A DNA stretch of 64,000 bases from Thermoproteota archaeon. GTDB taxonomy: Archaea > Thermoproteota > Thermoprotei_A > Sulfolobales > Ignisphaeraceae. Below, piece after piece: positions 19,976 to 31,756 of this stretch. The notes below the pieces were generated by a model. The model searched no databases and was not told the origin of the DNA. It worked only from the letters and a program-made list of their open reading frames with translations. The DNA lies in contig JAUQPB010000001.1 of NCBI GenBank assembly GCA_030550585.1, positions 480,001 to 544,000 of the forward strand. Reading direction: 5' to 3'. Within the stretch, counting starts at the first letter, position 1, and each line of letters opens with the position of its first letter. The position numbers and the translations under genes were made by a program.

Positions 19976-22117
19976 TTATAAACCGAATAGTATTAGCGGT
20001 ATTATTACCGATGATGATACCGCCATCACTTTGATCATAATGTTTATTGCTGGTCCAGCAGCATCCTTTAATGGGTCTCCAACAGTATCTCCAACAACTG
20101 CTGCCTTATGCGTCTCCGTCCCCTTTCCTCCAAAGTTCCCTGCTTCTATGAATTTCTTTGCGTTGTCCCAAGTGTTTCCAACGTTTCCTTGGAATAGGCC
20201 GAGTAGTAGTCCAGAACCTATAGAACCGGTTAGCAACCCTCCGAGTATTGCCGCACCCTTCCATACATCACCGCTTGCAGGTCCTACTAAGGCTATGATT
20301 ATCGGCATTATTATTGCTAATAATCCTGGTGCTATCAACCTTCTCAAAGCATAGAATGTTACTATCTGTACCGCTCTTTCATAGTCTGGTCTCTCTTTCC
20401 ATTCTAGGATACCTGGCTTCTCCCTAAACTGTCTTCTAATCTCATCAACGAGCCTTCCAGCAGCTGCTGTAACAGCTTGTATAACCATTGCAACGAATAG
20501 AGCTACTGCTACGACACCTATTATTATCCCTCCTATGAAGTAGGCTCCATATTCTGGGTGCCCAGCATTAAATATGGTTTGCATGACCTTGTCTACTCCA
20601 AGATTACTTCTACTCGATAGTACGCTTGCAAAGCTGAAGAGCAATGCTAGTGCTGTTAGAGCTGCAGAGCCTATTGCATATCCCTTCGATATAGATTTCA
20701 TGGTGTTTCCAGCAGAGTCAAGCATGTCTGCAAGCGACCTTACATCTTCTTCATAGCCTGCTTGCTCAGCTAAGCCTGCTGTATTGTCGACTATTGGGCC
20801 GTAGGCATCAGCCGCGACAACTATTGGGGCTGTGGCAAGCATTCCCGTACCTGCTAGCGCAGCTGAGTATATTCCTGCCAACAGCTTTTCTGATGTGCTT
20901 AGCGTAGAGCCTATGGCATATGACCCTATGGCTGCCAACGCTATTGCGACGCTAGGTATGAATGTGCTGTAGAACCCCATGGATAGGCCACTTAGAATTG
21001 TTAGCGCTGGTCCGAACTGCGAGTTTTGGGCAACTATTTTGACTGGTCTGTACATTGGTGAGGTGAAGTAGTCTGAGGTGAATCCAACTATAGCACCAGC
21101 GATTAGCCCTAGCACCCCCACTATGAATGCTGGTGAAATAGATGGTGCTAAAGCATAGGTGATTATACCGTTTATCACAGCTGCGCCAATTATAGATAGA
21201 ATAGATGTTGTTGTCAATGTTCTTCCAGGTTGTTTGAATGGTGATATTGAGACGAATTGTGCTATCGCTATTGATGCTAGAAGAGCCGTAGCACTAAACA
21301 GAACTGGGTACGCCACTAAATCAAGGTTTCCAAGCACAGCAGCTATAGCCATTGGCGCTATCATGCCCTCTACATATGATTCGAATAGGTCTGCACCCAT
21401 TCCAGCACAGTCACCAACATTATCACCAACATTATCTGCAATAACACCTGGGTTCCTAGGATCATCTTCTGGTATCCCAACCTCAACCTTGCCAACAAGG
21501 TCTGCACCAACATCAGCAGCCTTTGTGTATATACCTCCGCCAACTCTAGCAAAGAGCGCAGCTGTGCTAGCACCAAAGGCATATCCTAGCAATATCTGTG
21601 TAACGTTTACAGGATCTGAAAACCCATTCAATGCTATGAAAAGCCCTGCTGTACCCAAAAGACCTATTCCACCAACTAGAAAACCTGTCACAGACCCGCC
21701 TCTAAATGCCAATGCTAGTGCATCTTTTAGACCCCTCCTAATAAGCATATTTAAAACTCTGATATTGCTGAGAACACCCATGAGCATACCGACAATGCTA
21801 ACCGTAGCAGAGCTCAGCCCTCCAAGGAAATACGCTACACCGGTCCATAGCACCAGACTACTGCCGGTAACCACTCCTATAACTATCAAAATTACTGACA
21901 CTATTGAAATTATGGAGAGTATTACAGTGTACTGAGCCTTTATATAGGCAATAGAAGCACTCTTTATATAGCCGTGTATCTGGGCAGCTCTTTTGCTTTT
22001 TTCATCGTCCTCCAAAATTTTAAGCCTTGTTATGTACACTATCAAACCGATGACATATAAAACACCTATTACTCCTGATATCAATCCAAGCCACATGCTC
22101 GTCTCAACTAGTGTCAT
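19976..22117 (-). CDS. hppA: Membrane-integral pyrophosphatase (H+-PPase), K+-independent signature
   Basis: GGGIYTKAADVGADLVGKVE, EDDPRN, DNVGDNVGD, GNTMKS (Lys at the K+-dependence position), GDTVGDPLKD. Confidence 0.95.
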   Translation of the reverse strand: MTLVETSMWLGLISGVIGVLYVIGLIVYITRLKILEDDEKSKRAAQIHGYIKSASIAYIKAQYTVILSIISIVSVILIVIGVVTGSSLVLWTGVAYFLGGLSSATVSIVGMLMGVLSNIRVLNMLIRRGLKDALALAFRGGSVTGFLVGGIGLLGTAGLFIALNGFSDPVNVTQILLGYAFGASTAALFARVGGGIYTKAADVGADLVGKVEVGIPEDDPRNPGVIADNVGDNVGDCAGMGADLFESYVEGMIAPMAIAAVLGNLDLVAYPVLFSATALLASIAIAQFVSISPFKQPGRTLTTTSILSIIGAAVINGIITYALAPSISPAFIVGVLGLIAGAIVGFTSDYFTSPMYRPVKIVAQNSQFGPALTILSGLSMGFYSTFIPSVAIALAAIGSYAIGSTLSTSEKLLAGIYSAALAGTGMLATAPIVVAADAYGPIVDNTAGLAEQAGYEEDVRSLADMLDSAGNTMKSISKGYAIGSAALTALALLFSFASVLSSRSNLGVDKVMQTIFNAGHPEYGAYFIGGIIIGVVAVALFVAMVIQAVTAAAGRLVDEIRRQFREKPGILEWKERPDYERAVQIVTFYALRRLIAPGLLAIIMPIIIALVGPASGDVWKGAAILGGLLTGSIGSGLLLGLFQGNVGNTWDNAKKFIEAGNFGGKGTETHKAAVVGDTVGDPLKDAAGPAINIMIKVMAVSSSVIIPLILFGL

Positions 22118-22629
22118 TACTCGCTACCCCCAAGCTTCATTAATTTGAGATTTGGTTAAGATTTTTCAATATTAAAACCTTGTCTATATACAAGTATACA
22201 CTATAATATAAAACATACCAATGTTACAAACTTTCATCATTTTGTAGCAATCCAGCTCCAATACAATAAAACGACAAACTTTGATGTAATAGGCCATAGA
22301 CTCAAGATTTGTTAATGTAGCATCTTCTATAGCAATGAAAGCGCAAATGTTTGACATGGATGCTAATGATAGAATGGTGAAGGGATGTATTAGCAAGTTC
22401 CTTGTATATCTAGGTGCTACAGTCCTTTGCCATGCTGTTAAAGTGTAGTGTGTTCTCACAAGATTCTTGTAATCTTCTACCGGGAGGGCTCTTCAACATT
22501 TCTTCTACATCTATCCAAGAGCATATTCATTACTGATGTTTGTTGAAAACGTGGAAAATAGTAGTCGTAGAAGCGCATTTTATATGGACGCAAAGAGAAC
22601 GGTGCAGATGGTGTGTATATGTGTGGTTG

Positions 22630-22706
22630 TGGCGGGCCCGCCGGGATTTGAACCCGGGACCTACGGGTTAAAAGCCCGCCGCTCTACCTAGCTGAGCTAC
22701 GGGCCC
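22630..22706 (-). tRNA. tRNA-Lys(TTT), CCA encoded
   Basis: Reverse complement GGGCCCGTAGCTCAG...GCGGG-CT-TTT-AA-CCCGT...GGTTCAAATCC...CGGGCCC-GCCA. Confidence 0.97.
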
Positions 22707-22847
22707 TTTCGAATCTTCGAGAGCTATTCTATGTGGTGCTGTGTTTAAAAGGTTTATATGCTTCTTTTCCAGAGTTGAGCTTATAAGCAGTATTTTGAAG
22801 TAATCTATCTCACACTCTATGTTTTTATGCTGTTTTTGGTGTGGTTA

Positions 22848-23108
22848 ATGCCTGGAAAAAGATCTTTACAGGATTTGAGCAAGGTTTTGGAGCATGAGCT
22901 TGTGCCAAAGCATGAGGTTTTAAGTGTTGAAGAAGGTTTAGAGATACTGCGAAGATATGGTATTAAACCGGAGCAATTGCCTTGGCTTCGAGCAAGCGAT
23001 CCTGTAGCAAGAGCTATTGGTGCTAAGCCTGGGGATATAGTAAGGATATATAGGAGGAGTCCAACAGCAGGCGAAATAGTTGTCTATAGATATGTTGTTC
23101 CTGGGTAG
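22848..23108 (+). CDS. rpoH: RNA polymerase subunit Rpo5 (H)
   Basis: [27 protein letters not shown]; internal ATG after GGTG-like RBS. Confidence 0.96.
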   Translation: MPGKRSLQDLSKVLEHELVPKHEVLSVEEGLEILRRYGIKPEQLPWLRASDPVARAIGAKPGDIVRIYRRSPTAGEIVVYRYVVPG

Positions 23109-23114
23109 ATCCAT

Positions 23115-26100
23115 ATGAGCAGCATATCCATACTAGATAAGGGCGATGTCCATGCTTCGCTAGGTCCAATACCGCAGCCGCATCCACAATCAAAAATTCT
23201 TTCACCAGATGACAGATGGGCTATAATAGAGGCTTTTATAAAGGAGAAGGGTATTACAAAGCATCATATAGAATCCTATAACACGTTTTTAGAGAGAACA
23301 TTAAGAGAAATAATAATGGAGGAGCCGATCATAGAAACTTCAATTCCCGGCTATAAACTCGTTATAAAAGACTTTAGACTAGGTGAGCCACAGGTAAGAG
23401 AAGTTGATGGGAGTATAAATAGAAACATAACGCCTATGGAATGCAGACACAGAGATCTAACATATGCTATACCAATATACCTAACAATAGTTCCTATAGA
23501 AAACAATGTTGCTGGAGCACCTGTTGAAGTTATGATAGGAGAAATACCCCTCATGGTCAAGTCGAGTAGGGATCCGATAACGAAGCTTAGTGAGGAGGAT
23601 CTTATTAAGATAGGTGAGGATCCAAGAGATCCTGGAGGATATTTCATAATAGATGGTACAGAAAGGATAATTGTTGCTCAGGAAGATCTAGCGCCAAACA
23701 GGGTTATAGTCGACTATGGTCAAGAGGGTCTAAATATTACCCATACAGCAAAGGTGATATCATCTACAACAGGTTTTAGAGTGCCTGTGATTCTTGACAG
23801 GCATAAGGATGGCACTTTACACATCTCATTTCCAGCAGTTCCAGGTAAAATACCGTTTGTTGTTATGATGCGAGCACTTGGAATGGAGACTGACAGAGAC
23901 ATTGCATTGGCTGTATCTCCCGACCCAGATATACAGAAGGAGCTATTTGCATCTTTTGTTCAAGCAAGTGATATTGCAACAGTCGATGATGCTTTAGACT
24001 ACATAGGTTCTAGGGTTGCAATAGGACAGGTAAGAGAGAGTAGAATTGAAAGAGCTAAGTATATACTTGATCACTATTTCCTCCCCCACCTGGGGACCAG
24101 ACCCGAGGATAGGGTAAAGAAAGCTCTCTTCCTAGGGCAAATGGCATGCAAATTAATAGAGTTTGTCTTGGGGAGAAGACCTGCCGATGACAAAGATCAT
24201 TATGCCAACAAGAGGATAAGGCTTGCTGGGGATATGCTAGCACTTCTGTTTAGAGTTGCTTTCAAAGCATTTCTAAGAGATCTGAGATACCAGGTTGAGA
24301 GAGCGAAGGTTAAGGAGAGAAGGGTGAACATAGGGCTATATGTTAGAAGCGACATTATTACAGAGAGAATTAGGCATGCTATGGCAACTGGCACATGGAT
24401 TGGTGGAAGAACAGGCGTAAGCCAGATAATAGACAGAACAAACTGGCTGTCATCGCTAAGCCATATGAGAAGAGTTATCTCGCCATTAAGTAGAAGCCAA
24501 CCCCATTTCGAGGCTAGAGATCTACATGGCACACAGTTTGGAAGGCTATGCCCATTCGAAACGCCTGAAGGGCCTAACTGCGGGCTTGTCAAAAACCTTG
24601 CACTAATGGTTACAATATCTGTTGGTGTACCTGAAGAGGAGGTGCTAAATGCCTTATATTCGCTAGGACTGATGCCACTTATAGAGGTTTTCAACAAGCT
24701 TAGAAACAATGAGCTAGACTATGAGACTGTGTCTAAGTGGAGTAAGGTTTATTTAAATGGAACATTAGTAGGTTATGTTGCTGATGGAGAAACATTTGTC
24801 AAGACTATCAGGGATCTGAGAAGAGCTGGGAAAATAAGTTATGAGGTTAATGTAGCTCACTACAAGACTCAATACATAAATGAGGTTTACATCAACTGTG
24901 ATTCTGGCAGAATGCTCAGACCGCTTCTCATAGTTGAGAATGGAAGATTAAAGATATCAAAAGAACATATAGAAAGGATTAGAAATGGAGAGCCTTTCGA
25001 AATTCTGTTGAAAGAGGGAGTTGTCGAGCTATTGGATCCAGAAGAAGAGGAGAATGCGCTAATAGCGGTTAACCCAGAGGATATAACCGAGGAGACAACA
25101 CATGTTGAGATATGGCCTCCTGCTATAATGGGTGTCTCAGCATCTACAATACCATATGCTGAGCATAACCAGTCCCCTAGAAACGCATACCAATCAGCTA
25201 TGGCTAAACAGGCCCTAGGTTTCTATATGGCTAACTTCCTGCTCAGGGTTGATACAAGATCACATATATTGCACTATCCACAAGTGCCACTCGTCCAAAC
25301 AAGAGCTCTCTCAATAATAGGATACAACGATAGGCCCTCTGGTCAAAACATGGTTGTAGCTGTAATGAGCTATACCGGTTACAATATGGAAGATGCAATA
25401 ATAATGAATAAATCGTCTGTAGATAGAGGGCTTGCAAGGTCGAACTTCTTCAGACTGTATTCAACCGAGGAACTCAAGTATCCGGGCGGTCAAGAGGATA
25501 GGATTGAAATTCCAGATACAAAGGTTATAGGTTATCGGGGCAAGGAGGCATACACAAAACTTGAAGAGGATGGAATGGCAAAGGTCGAGGCAATGGTTAG
25601 AGGAGGCGAGGCTGTTATAGGAAAGACAAGCCCACCAAGATTTGTAGAAGAGTTTAGAGGTTATGGAATTCTAGCACAGAGAAGAAAAGATTCTTCTGTA
25701 ACTGTTAGACATGGTGAGGTTGGGTGGGTTGACGCAGTATTCATATCGACATCTGCTGAGGGCCACAGAATAGTGAAGGTGAAGGTAAGGGACCTTAGAA
25801 TACCTGAGATAGGGGATAAGTTTGCTTCGAGACATGGACAGAAGGGTGTAATAGGAGCTCTAATACCACAATACGACATGCCATTTACAGCAGATGGGAT
25901 AACACCAGATATAATAATCAATCCACATGCGCTACCATCTAGAATGACCTTGGGTCAGCTTATGGAGAGTATAGCTGGTAAAGTAGCTGCACTAAGAGGT
26001 AGGTTTGTCGATGGCACACCATTTTATGAGGAGAGCATAGAGGATTTGAAGAAGCAGTTGTTCGTGTTTGGATATCCAATGGATGGGACAGAGCCTATGT

Positions 26101-26564
26101 ATGATGGTAGGACAGGAGAGCTTATAGGAAATCCAATATTTATTGGGATAGTCTATTACCAGAAGCTTCATCATATGGTTGCAGACAAGATACATGCAAG
26201 GCCGAAGGGTCCTGTGCAGCTTTTGACTAGACAGCCTACGGAAGGTAGGGCAAGAGAGGGTGGGTTGAGGTTTGGTGAGATGGAGAGAGATGCGATAATA
26301 GGCCACGGAGCCTCGGCATTATTGAGAGAGAGAATGCTTGATAGCTCGGATAAGACTATCATCTATGTTTGTGAGCTCTGCGGTTTTATTGGATGGTATA
26401 ACAAGAAGAGGGAGGTATATGAATGTCCAATACATGGTGATAAGGGTGTGCTACACCCGGTGGCGGTTCCATATGCATTTAAGCTATTAATCCAGGAGAT
26501 GATGAGCATGGGTATTAAACCAAGACTAATTTTATCAGATAAACATGAGAAATACGCTATATGA
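23115..26564 (+). CDS. rpoB: RNA polymerase subunit Rpo2 (B, unsplit)
   Basis: ETPEGPNCGLVKNL, GYNMED, GDKFASRHGQKG, GGLRFGEMERD. Confidence 0.99.
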   Translation: MSSISILDKGDVHASLGPIPQPHPQSKILSPDDRWAIIEAFIKEKGITKHHIESYNTFLERTLREIIMEEPIIETSIPGYKLVIKDFRLGEPQVREVDGSINRNITPMECRHRDLTYAIPIYLTIVPIENNVAGAPVEVMIGEIPLMVKSSRDPITKLSEEDLIKIGEDPRDPGGYFIIDGTERIIVAQEDLAPNRVIVDYGQEGLNITHTAKVISSTTGFRVPVILDRHKDGTLHISFPAVPGKIPFVVMMRALGMETDRDIALAVSPDPDIQKELFASFVQASDIATVDDALDYIGSRVAIGQVRESRIERAKYILDHYFLPHLGTRPEDRVKKALFLGQMACKLIEFVLGRRPADDKDHYANKRIRLAGDMLALLFRVAFKAFLRDLRYQVERAKVKERRVNIGLYVRSDIITERIRHAMATGTWIGGRTGVSQIIDRTNWLSSLSHMRRVISPLSRSQPHFEARDLHGTQFGRLCPFETPEGPNCGLVKNLALMVTISVGVPEEEVLNALYSLGLMPLIEVFNKLRNNELDYETVSKWSKVYLNGTLVGYVADGETFVKTIRDLRRAGKISYEVNVAHYKTQYINEVYINCDSGRMLRPLLIVENGRLKISKEHIERIRNGEPFEILLKEGVVELLDPEEEENALIAVNPEDITEETTHVEIWPPAIMGVSASTIPYAEHNQSPRNAYQSAMAKQALGFYMANFLLRVDTRSHILHYPQVPLVQTRALSIIGYNDRPSGQNMVVAVMSYTGYNMEDAIIMNKSSVDRGLARSNFFRLYSTEELKYPGGQEDRIEIPDTKVIGYRGKEAYTKLEEDGMAKVEAMVRGGEAVIGKTSPPRFVEEFRGYGILAQRRKDSSVTVRHGEVGWVDAVFISTSAEGHRIVKVKVRDLRIPEIGDKFASRHGQKGVIGALIPQYDMPFTADGITPDIIINPHALPSRMTLGQLMESIAGKVAALRGRFVDGTPFYEESIEDLKKQLFVFGYPMDGTEPMYDGRTGELIGNPIFIGIVYYQKLHHMVADKIHARPKGPVQLLTRQPTEGRAREGGLRFGEMERDAIIGHGASALLRERMLDSSDKTIIYVCELCGFIGWYNKKREVYECPIHGDKGVLHPVAVPYAFKLLIQEMMSMGIKPRLILSDKHEKYAI

Positions 26565-26575
26565 GGTGAGGATAT

Positions 26576-29224
26576 GTGAGTGAGGAGAAGATTGTATCGG
26601 GGATAAAGTTCGGCATTCTATCTCCAGATGAGATAAGAAAAATGTCTGTTGTCCAGGTAACATCCCCTGAAACTTATGAAGAGGATGGAACGCCTAGAGC
26701 ACATTCAGTTATGGATTATAGACTAGGTGCCATAGAGCCTGGGCAGGTGTGTCCAGTATGTGGCAATACTATAAAGGGGTGTCCAGGACATTTTGGTCAT
26801 ATAGAATTGGCAGTTCCTATAATAAATGTCTTGTTTGTTAAGCACATACATGAGTTGCTCAAGGCGACATGCCCAAAATGTGGCAGGCTAAAGATTTCGC
26901 CACAAGCGTTTGAAAGATATAGAAAATATCTTGCAAAACTTAAGGATAGATACCCCTATTTAGCAAGGCTCTTCACCGAATATATCAAGAGGCAGGCAAT
27001 GAAAGCAACTGTTTGTCCGTATTGTGGGGCTAAACAGCCGAAGATAAAGCTTGAGAAGCCCACAACTTTCATAGAGCAGTACCCAGATTCAAAGGATACC
27101 ATAAGGCTCAATGCTAGAGAGGTTAGGAAGAGGTTAGAGGCTATACCGAATGAAGATCTAGAGTTGCTGGGCTATGACCCTAGGGATGCGAGACCGGAGT
27201 GGATGGTGTTTACAGCTTTTCCAGTTCCGCCAACATCTATCAGACCTTCGATACTAATTGAAACAGGTATTAGATCAGAAGACGATTTAACACACAAACT
27301 AGTGGATATTGTTAGAACAAATGAGAGGCTAAGAGAGCACATTGCATCAGGGGCGCCAGAGATCATAATTGATGATCTCTGGGAGTTGCTCCAATATCAT
27401 GTCACAACATATCTAGATAACGAGGTTCCCGGCATCCCCCCAGCTAAACACAGATCTGGAAGACCCCTCAAGACATTGGCACAAAGACTGAGGGGAAAGG
27501 AGGGAAGGTTCAGAGGCAATCTATCAGGTAAAAGGGTGGACTACTCAGCTAGAACTGTGATTAGCCCAGACCCATATCTAAGCATAAACGAGGTTGGTGT
27601 ACCCATAGACGTTGCAAAAATTTTGACCGTGCCTGAGAGAGTTAATGAGTGGAACATTGATGAGCTGAGGAGATATGTGATTAATGGACCGTTTAAATGG
27701 CCTGGTGCAAACTATGTTGTAACACCAGATGGTAGAAGAATTGATTTGAGATATGTGAGAGACAGGAAAAGCGTTGCAGAGTCTCTTGCCCCTGGATACA
27801 TTGTTGAGAGGCATCTTAAGGACGGCGATATAGTATTGTTTAACAGGCAGCCATCGCTTCACAGAATGTCTATGATGGGCCACGTGGTAAAGGTCTTGCC
27901 GGGCAGAACATTCAGATTACACTTATCTGTTTGCCCACCTTACAACGCGGATTTTGATGGAGATGAAATGAATTTGCATGTACCTCAAACAGAAGATGCG
28001 AGGGCCGAGGCAAGAACTCTGCTAAAGGTTCAGAACCACATTCTTACACCCAGATACGGAGGTGTTATAATAGGGGCCATACAAGACTATATAAGCGGCG
28101 CCTATGTCCTCACAATAAAGTCTACACTACTTGAGAAAGAAGAGGTCATAGAGCTCTTGGCAGCAGCAGGTGTTGTTAAAGAGCCTCCGGAACCAGCAAT
28201 TCTGTCACCAAGAAAGCTGTGGACAGGAAAACAGATTGTAAGCATGTTCCTGCCAGAGGACTTTAACTTCCATGGAAAAGCAAACATCTCATCAGGTCCT
28301 CTAAGATGTGATGACATCAACTGTTTCTGGGACTCGTACGTCGTTGTTAGACAGGGCAAGCTTCTTTTAGGGGTCTTAGACAAGAAGACCATTGGTGCTG
28401 AGCAACAGGATAGCGTTTTGTACTGGCTTGCCAAAGAGTATGGAGTCGAAGTAGCAGCAGCTTTTATGGACAAGCTGTTCAGATTGTTTATAAGGGTATT
28501 GGAACGGAAGGGCTTTACGCTAAGACTAGACGATGTGGCAGTAAGTGAAGATGTGCAGACACAAATTTTGAACCTGTTGAGTGAGGCATTTGAAAAGGTA
28601 AGAAACCTTGTTGAGCAGTACTCTAGAGGAACACTTGAGGTTGTTCCTGGGAGATCATTAGAGGAGAGCTTGGAGATAAGGATTTTGGAGGTTCTTGCAG
28701 AAGCGAGAGACAAGGCAGGTGAGGTGGCGGTATCGTCGCTTAACCCATTTAACTATGCGTTTATTATGGCAAGAACAGGTGCAAGAGGAAATGTATTGAA
28801 TTTAACGCAAATGGCTGCTACACTAGGTCAGATGACAGTGCGTGGTGAGAGGATATGGCGCGGATACATGGGCAGGCCATTGCCACACTTCAAACGTGAT
28901 GATCTAGGCGCTATTGCGAGAGGGTTTGTTGTGAATAGCTTCTTCAGAGGTTTGTCGGTTACGGAAATGTTTATGCATGCTGCAGGTGGTAGGGAGGGTC
29001 TGGTTGATACTGCTGTAAGAACGTCGCAAAGTGGTTATATGCAGCGCAGATTGGTCAACGCTTTGATGGATCTTTATATTGCCTACGACAATACGGTTAG
29101 AGACTCTTCCGGGTCTATAATACAGTTTGCTTATGGCGAGGATATGGCAGATCCTTCAAAGGCTCCTCACGGTAAGATAGTAAATGTTGAGAGAATTGTT
29201 GAGAGGGTCTTGGGTGAGATCTAA
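26576..29224 (+). CDS. rpoA1: RNA polymerase subunit Rpo1N (A')
   Basis: [41 protein letters not shown]. Confidence 0.99.
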   Translation: MSEEKIVSGIKFGILSPDEIRKMSVVQVTSPETYEEDGTPRAHSVMDYRLGAIEPGQVCPVCGNTIKGCPGHFGHIELAVPIINVLFVKHIHELLKATCPKCGRLKISPQAFERYRKYLAKLKDRYPYLARLFTEYIKRQAMKATVCPYCGAKQPKIKLEKPTTFIEQYPDSKDTIRLNAREVRKRLEAIPNEDLELLGYDPRDARPEWMVFTAFPVPPTSIRPSILIETGIRSEDDLTHKLVDIVRTNERLREHIASGAPEIIIDDLWELLQYHVTTYLDNEVPGIPPAKHRSGRPLKTLAQRLRGKEGRFRGNLSGKRVDYSARTVISPDPYLSINEVGVPIDVAKILTVPERVNEWNIDELRRYVINGPFKWPGANYVVTPDGRRIDLRYVRDRKSVAESLAPGYIVERHLKDGDIVLFNRQPSLHRMSMMGHVVKVLPGRTFRLHLSVCPPYNADFDGDEMNLHVPQTEDARAEARTLLKVQNHILTPRYGGVIIGAIQDYISGAYVLTIKSTLLEKEEVIELLAAAGVVKEPPEPAILSPRKLWTGKQIVSMFLPEDFNFHGKANISSGPLRCDDINCFWDSYVVVRQGKLLLGVLDKKTIGAEQQDSVLYWLAKEYGVEVAAAFMDKLFRLFIRVLERKGFTLRLDDVAVSEDVQTQILNLLSEAFEKVRNLVEQYSRGTLEVVPGRSLEESLEIRILEVLAEARDKAGEVAVSSLNPFNYAFIMARTGARGNVLNLTQMAATLGQMTVRGERIWRGYMGRPLPHFKRDDLGAIARGFVVNSFFRGLSVTEMFMHAAGGREGLVDTAVRTSQSGYMQRRLVNALMDLYIAYDNTVRDSSGSIIQFAYGEDMADPSKAPHGKIVNVERIVERVLGEI

Positions 29225-30423
29225 TGACATCTCCAAGCATCTCAGATGTTGGAAGCTTCAATGCTTCTGATCTCATAGAGAAGAGACTCGGTGCACGGGT
29301 TCCGAGGTCTGTTGTAGAGGAGCTAAAAGCTGTTGTGACAAAGTATAGCATATCTAAAGAACAGCTAGATAAGATCATAAGTGAGGTAGAGAAAGAGGTT
29401 GAGGAGAACACTATCGATCCCGGCGAACCTGTGGGAATGGTGGCTGCTCAGAGTATTGGCGAGCCAAGCACTCAAATGACCTTAAGAACATTTCACTATG
29501 CGGGTGTAAGAGAATTAAATGTTACACTAGGATTGCCGAGACTCATAGAGCTTGTAGATGCTAAGAAAACGCCTTCAACGCCATTGACATATGTGTATCT
29601 CAAACCAGAGTACAAGAACAGTAGAGAGAAGGCAATTGAGGTTGCAAGAAAAATTGAGATGACAAGAGTTTTAAATGTTGCTCTTCGCATTGATGTAGAC
29701 TTCTTCAACAACTCCATAAACATTCTTCTAGATAGGGACATGCTTGAGGATAAGGGGGTTGAAGTAGAGGATGTTATAAAGGTAATACAAAAATCTTTGA
29801 AGAAGGCTAGAGTAACTAAAAGCGAGGAAAATCCATATGAGGTTGTAATCCAGTTTGAGGAGCCTATAGATCCAACAAAAGTCGAGAGACTGAGGGAGAA
29901 GATACTGGGTCTGAAAATCAAAGGCGTCAAAGGGATAAACAAAGTTATTATTCAGAGAAGAGGAGACGAATATGTTCTGGTATGCGAGGGTAGCAATCTA
30001 AGCGAGCTTATGCAGATAGAGGAAATCGATTATAGAAGAATCAGAACGAATAATGTTAAAGAGGTTGAGGAGGTCTTGGGGATAGAAGCTGCAAGAGCGC
30101 TTCTCATAGAGGAGATAATGAATGTTCTCGAGGAACAGGGGCTTGAGGTGGACATAAGACATGTTATGCTAGTAGCTGATATGATGACCAGAACAGGAAC
30201 AGTTAAGCAGATAGGTAGACATGGTGTTATGGCTATAAAGGATAGCCCACTTGCAAAAGCAGCATTTGAAGTAACAGTTAAAAACCTTGTTAATTCAGCT
30301 GTAAGAGGTGAAATAGATAAGGTGACAGGCATAACGGAAAGCGTTATTGTGGGTAACTACATACCTGTGGGCACATCCAAAGTTGGAATTGTTTTCAATC
30401 CCCATATAAAAATAGAGGGGTGA
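29224..30423 (+). CDS. rpoA2: RNA polymerase subunit Rpo1C (A'')
   Basis: AAQSIGEPSTQMTLRTFH, GLPRLIE, DIRHVMLVAD. Confidence 0.98.
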   Translation: MTSPSISDVGSFNASDLIEKRLGARVPRSVVEELKAVVTKYSISKEQLDKIISEVEKEVEENTIDPGEPVGMVAAQSIGEPSTQMTLRTFHYAGVRELNVTLGLPRLIELVDAKKTPSTPLTYVYLKPEYKNSREKAIEVARKIEMTRVLNVALRIDVDFFNNSINILLDRDMLEDKGVEVEDVIKVIQKSLKKARVTKSEENPYEVVIQFEEPIDPTKVERLREKILGLKIKGVKGINKVIIQRRGDEYVLVCEGSNLSELMQIEEIDYRRIRTNNVKEVEEVLGIEAARALLIEEIMNVLEEQGLEVDIRHVMLVADMMTRTGTVKQIGRHGVMAIKDSPLAKAAFEVTVKNLVNSAVRGEIDKVTGITESVIVGNYIPVGTSKVGIVFNPHIKIEG

Positions 30424-30433
30424 GCAGAACAAG

Positions 30434-30763
30434 ATGTCAGCTCAGCAATCTCTAGATAATATACTTAGATTTGTGGTGAGAACAGGCAAGATTGTAGTGG
30501 GATTCAAAGAAACGCTAAAAAATGTGAAGCTGGGAAAGCTAAAATTTGTTGTAATAGCGTCAAACATTCCGGAGACTATGAAGAGTGATTTAGAGTATTA
30601 TGCAAAGCTATCAAAAATCGAAGTCATAGTATATCCAGGTACAAACAGAGATTTGGGTGCATTGCTTGGAAAGCCATTCTCAGTATCTACTATAGGTATA
30701 ATTGATACTGGTCAGGTATCGGAGGAGGCACTAAGATCTTTTGTAGGATCTGCAACTAGGTGA
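30434..30763 (+). CDS. rpl30e: 50S ribosomal protein L30e
   Basis: TGKIVVG, LGALLGKPFSVS; canonical position. Confidence 0.95.
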   Translation: MSAQQSLDNILRFVVRTGKIVVGFKETLKNVKLGKLKFVVIASNIPETMKSDLEYYAKLSKIEVIVYPGTNRDLGALLGKPFSVSTIGIIDTGQVSEEALRSFVGSATR

Positions 30764-31233
30764 GTATGGCCATGGCGACAAAGGTTAATGACATTAAGCC
30801 TCAGTTCAATGTTAAGCTAACTATGGAGGAAATGCGCTATATGACGATATTCCAGGATGTTACAGGTGTTACACCAAGAGATTGCGTTGTTAGTGATGAG
30901 CTCAATTCAATAATATTTATTGTTGATAGCGACAAGGTTGGGTTGGCTGTAGGCAAGAAAGGCTACAACGTTAAATACCTGTCGAAGCTGTTTGGAAGAA
31001 GCATAGATGTGGTTGGATGGGCTGACAATCTAGAGGATTTCGCTAAGAACATTTTCATACCGGCAAGAGTGTACAGAGTTCAGCTTATCGAAGGATCTGA
31101 TAAGAAAACTCTATATGTATATGTTGATCCAAAGGACAAGGGAATTGCAATAGGTAAGAATGGAAGAAATGTTGCAAGGGCTAGGATACTCATGAAGAGG
31201 TATTACAATATAGACAATGTTATAATTGCATAG
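30760..31233 (+). CDS. nusA: Archaeal NusA (KH domains)
   Basis: GLAVGKKG, KGIAIGKNGRNV. Confidence 0.93.
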   Translation: MSMAMATKVNDIKPQFNVKLTMEEMRYMTIFQDVTGVTPRDCVVSDELNSIIFIVDSDKVGLAVGKKGYNVKYLSKLFGRSIDVVGWADNLEDFAKNIFIPARVYRVQLIEGSDKKTLYVYVDPKDKGIAIGKNGRNVARARILMKRYYNIDNVIIA

Positions 31234-31312
31234 AAAACCATGTTATAAGTTTTTAAGCTAAGACATGCCAAAAATACTTAGAGGATAAGTCAAATGTATC
31301 TGGGGAGGCTGA

Positions 31313-31756
31313 TTGCCAGGTAAAAAAGGGGGCTATGGACTCTACGCAGCAAGAAAGCTAAAGCTAAAGAGGCTAAAGTTTAGATGGTCTCAGAGGGACT
31401 TTAGAATACGAATGCTAAAGCTAAAGGAGAAGTATGATCCACTAGAGGGAGCTCCGATGGCTAGAGGAATAGTTCTTGAGAAGGTTGGTGTCGAGGCTAG
31501 GCAACCCAATGCAGCTGTTAGGAAATGTGTTCGTGTGCAGATTGTTAAGAATGGCAAGGTTGTAACAGCCTTTGTACCTTATGATGGCGGTCTAAACTTC
31601 ATAGAAGAACATGACGAAGTTATAATTGCTGGTATCGGTGGCACAAGAGGCAAGTCTATGGGCGATCTGCCAGGAGTCAAATACAAGGTTATTGCGGTAA
31701 ACGGCGTTGCATTAACAGAGTTGTTAAAGGGTAAGAAGCAAAAGCCCTTGAGGTAA
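31313..31756 (+). CDS. rps12: 30S ribosomal protein S12 (uS12)
   Basis: [28 protein letters not shown]. Confidence 0.97.
   Translation: MPGKKGGYGLYAARKLKLKRLKFRWSQRDFRIRMLKLKEKYDPLEGAPMARGIVLEKVGVEARQPNAAVRKCVRVQIVKNGKVVTAFVPYDGGLNFIEEHDEVIIAGIGGTRGKSMGDLPGVKYKVIAVNGVALTELLKGKKQKPLR

Noticed and set aside
21159-21935. Long antisense ORFs (this one and e.g. 28102-28713, 32731-33333, 44102-44854, 49376-49972, 52162-52854)
   Set aside because: Shadow frames opposite well-conserved genes, Ser/Thr/Ile/Pro-rich, with no recognisable motifs.
22184-22459. 91-aa ORF in the hppA-tRNA-Lys spacer
   Set aside because: Atypical composition, no motif, no clear RBS; not supportable as a gene.
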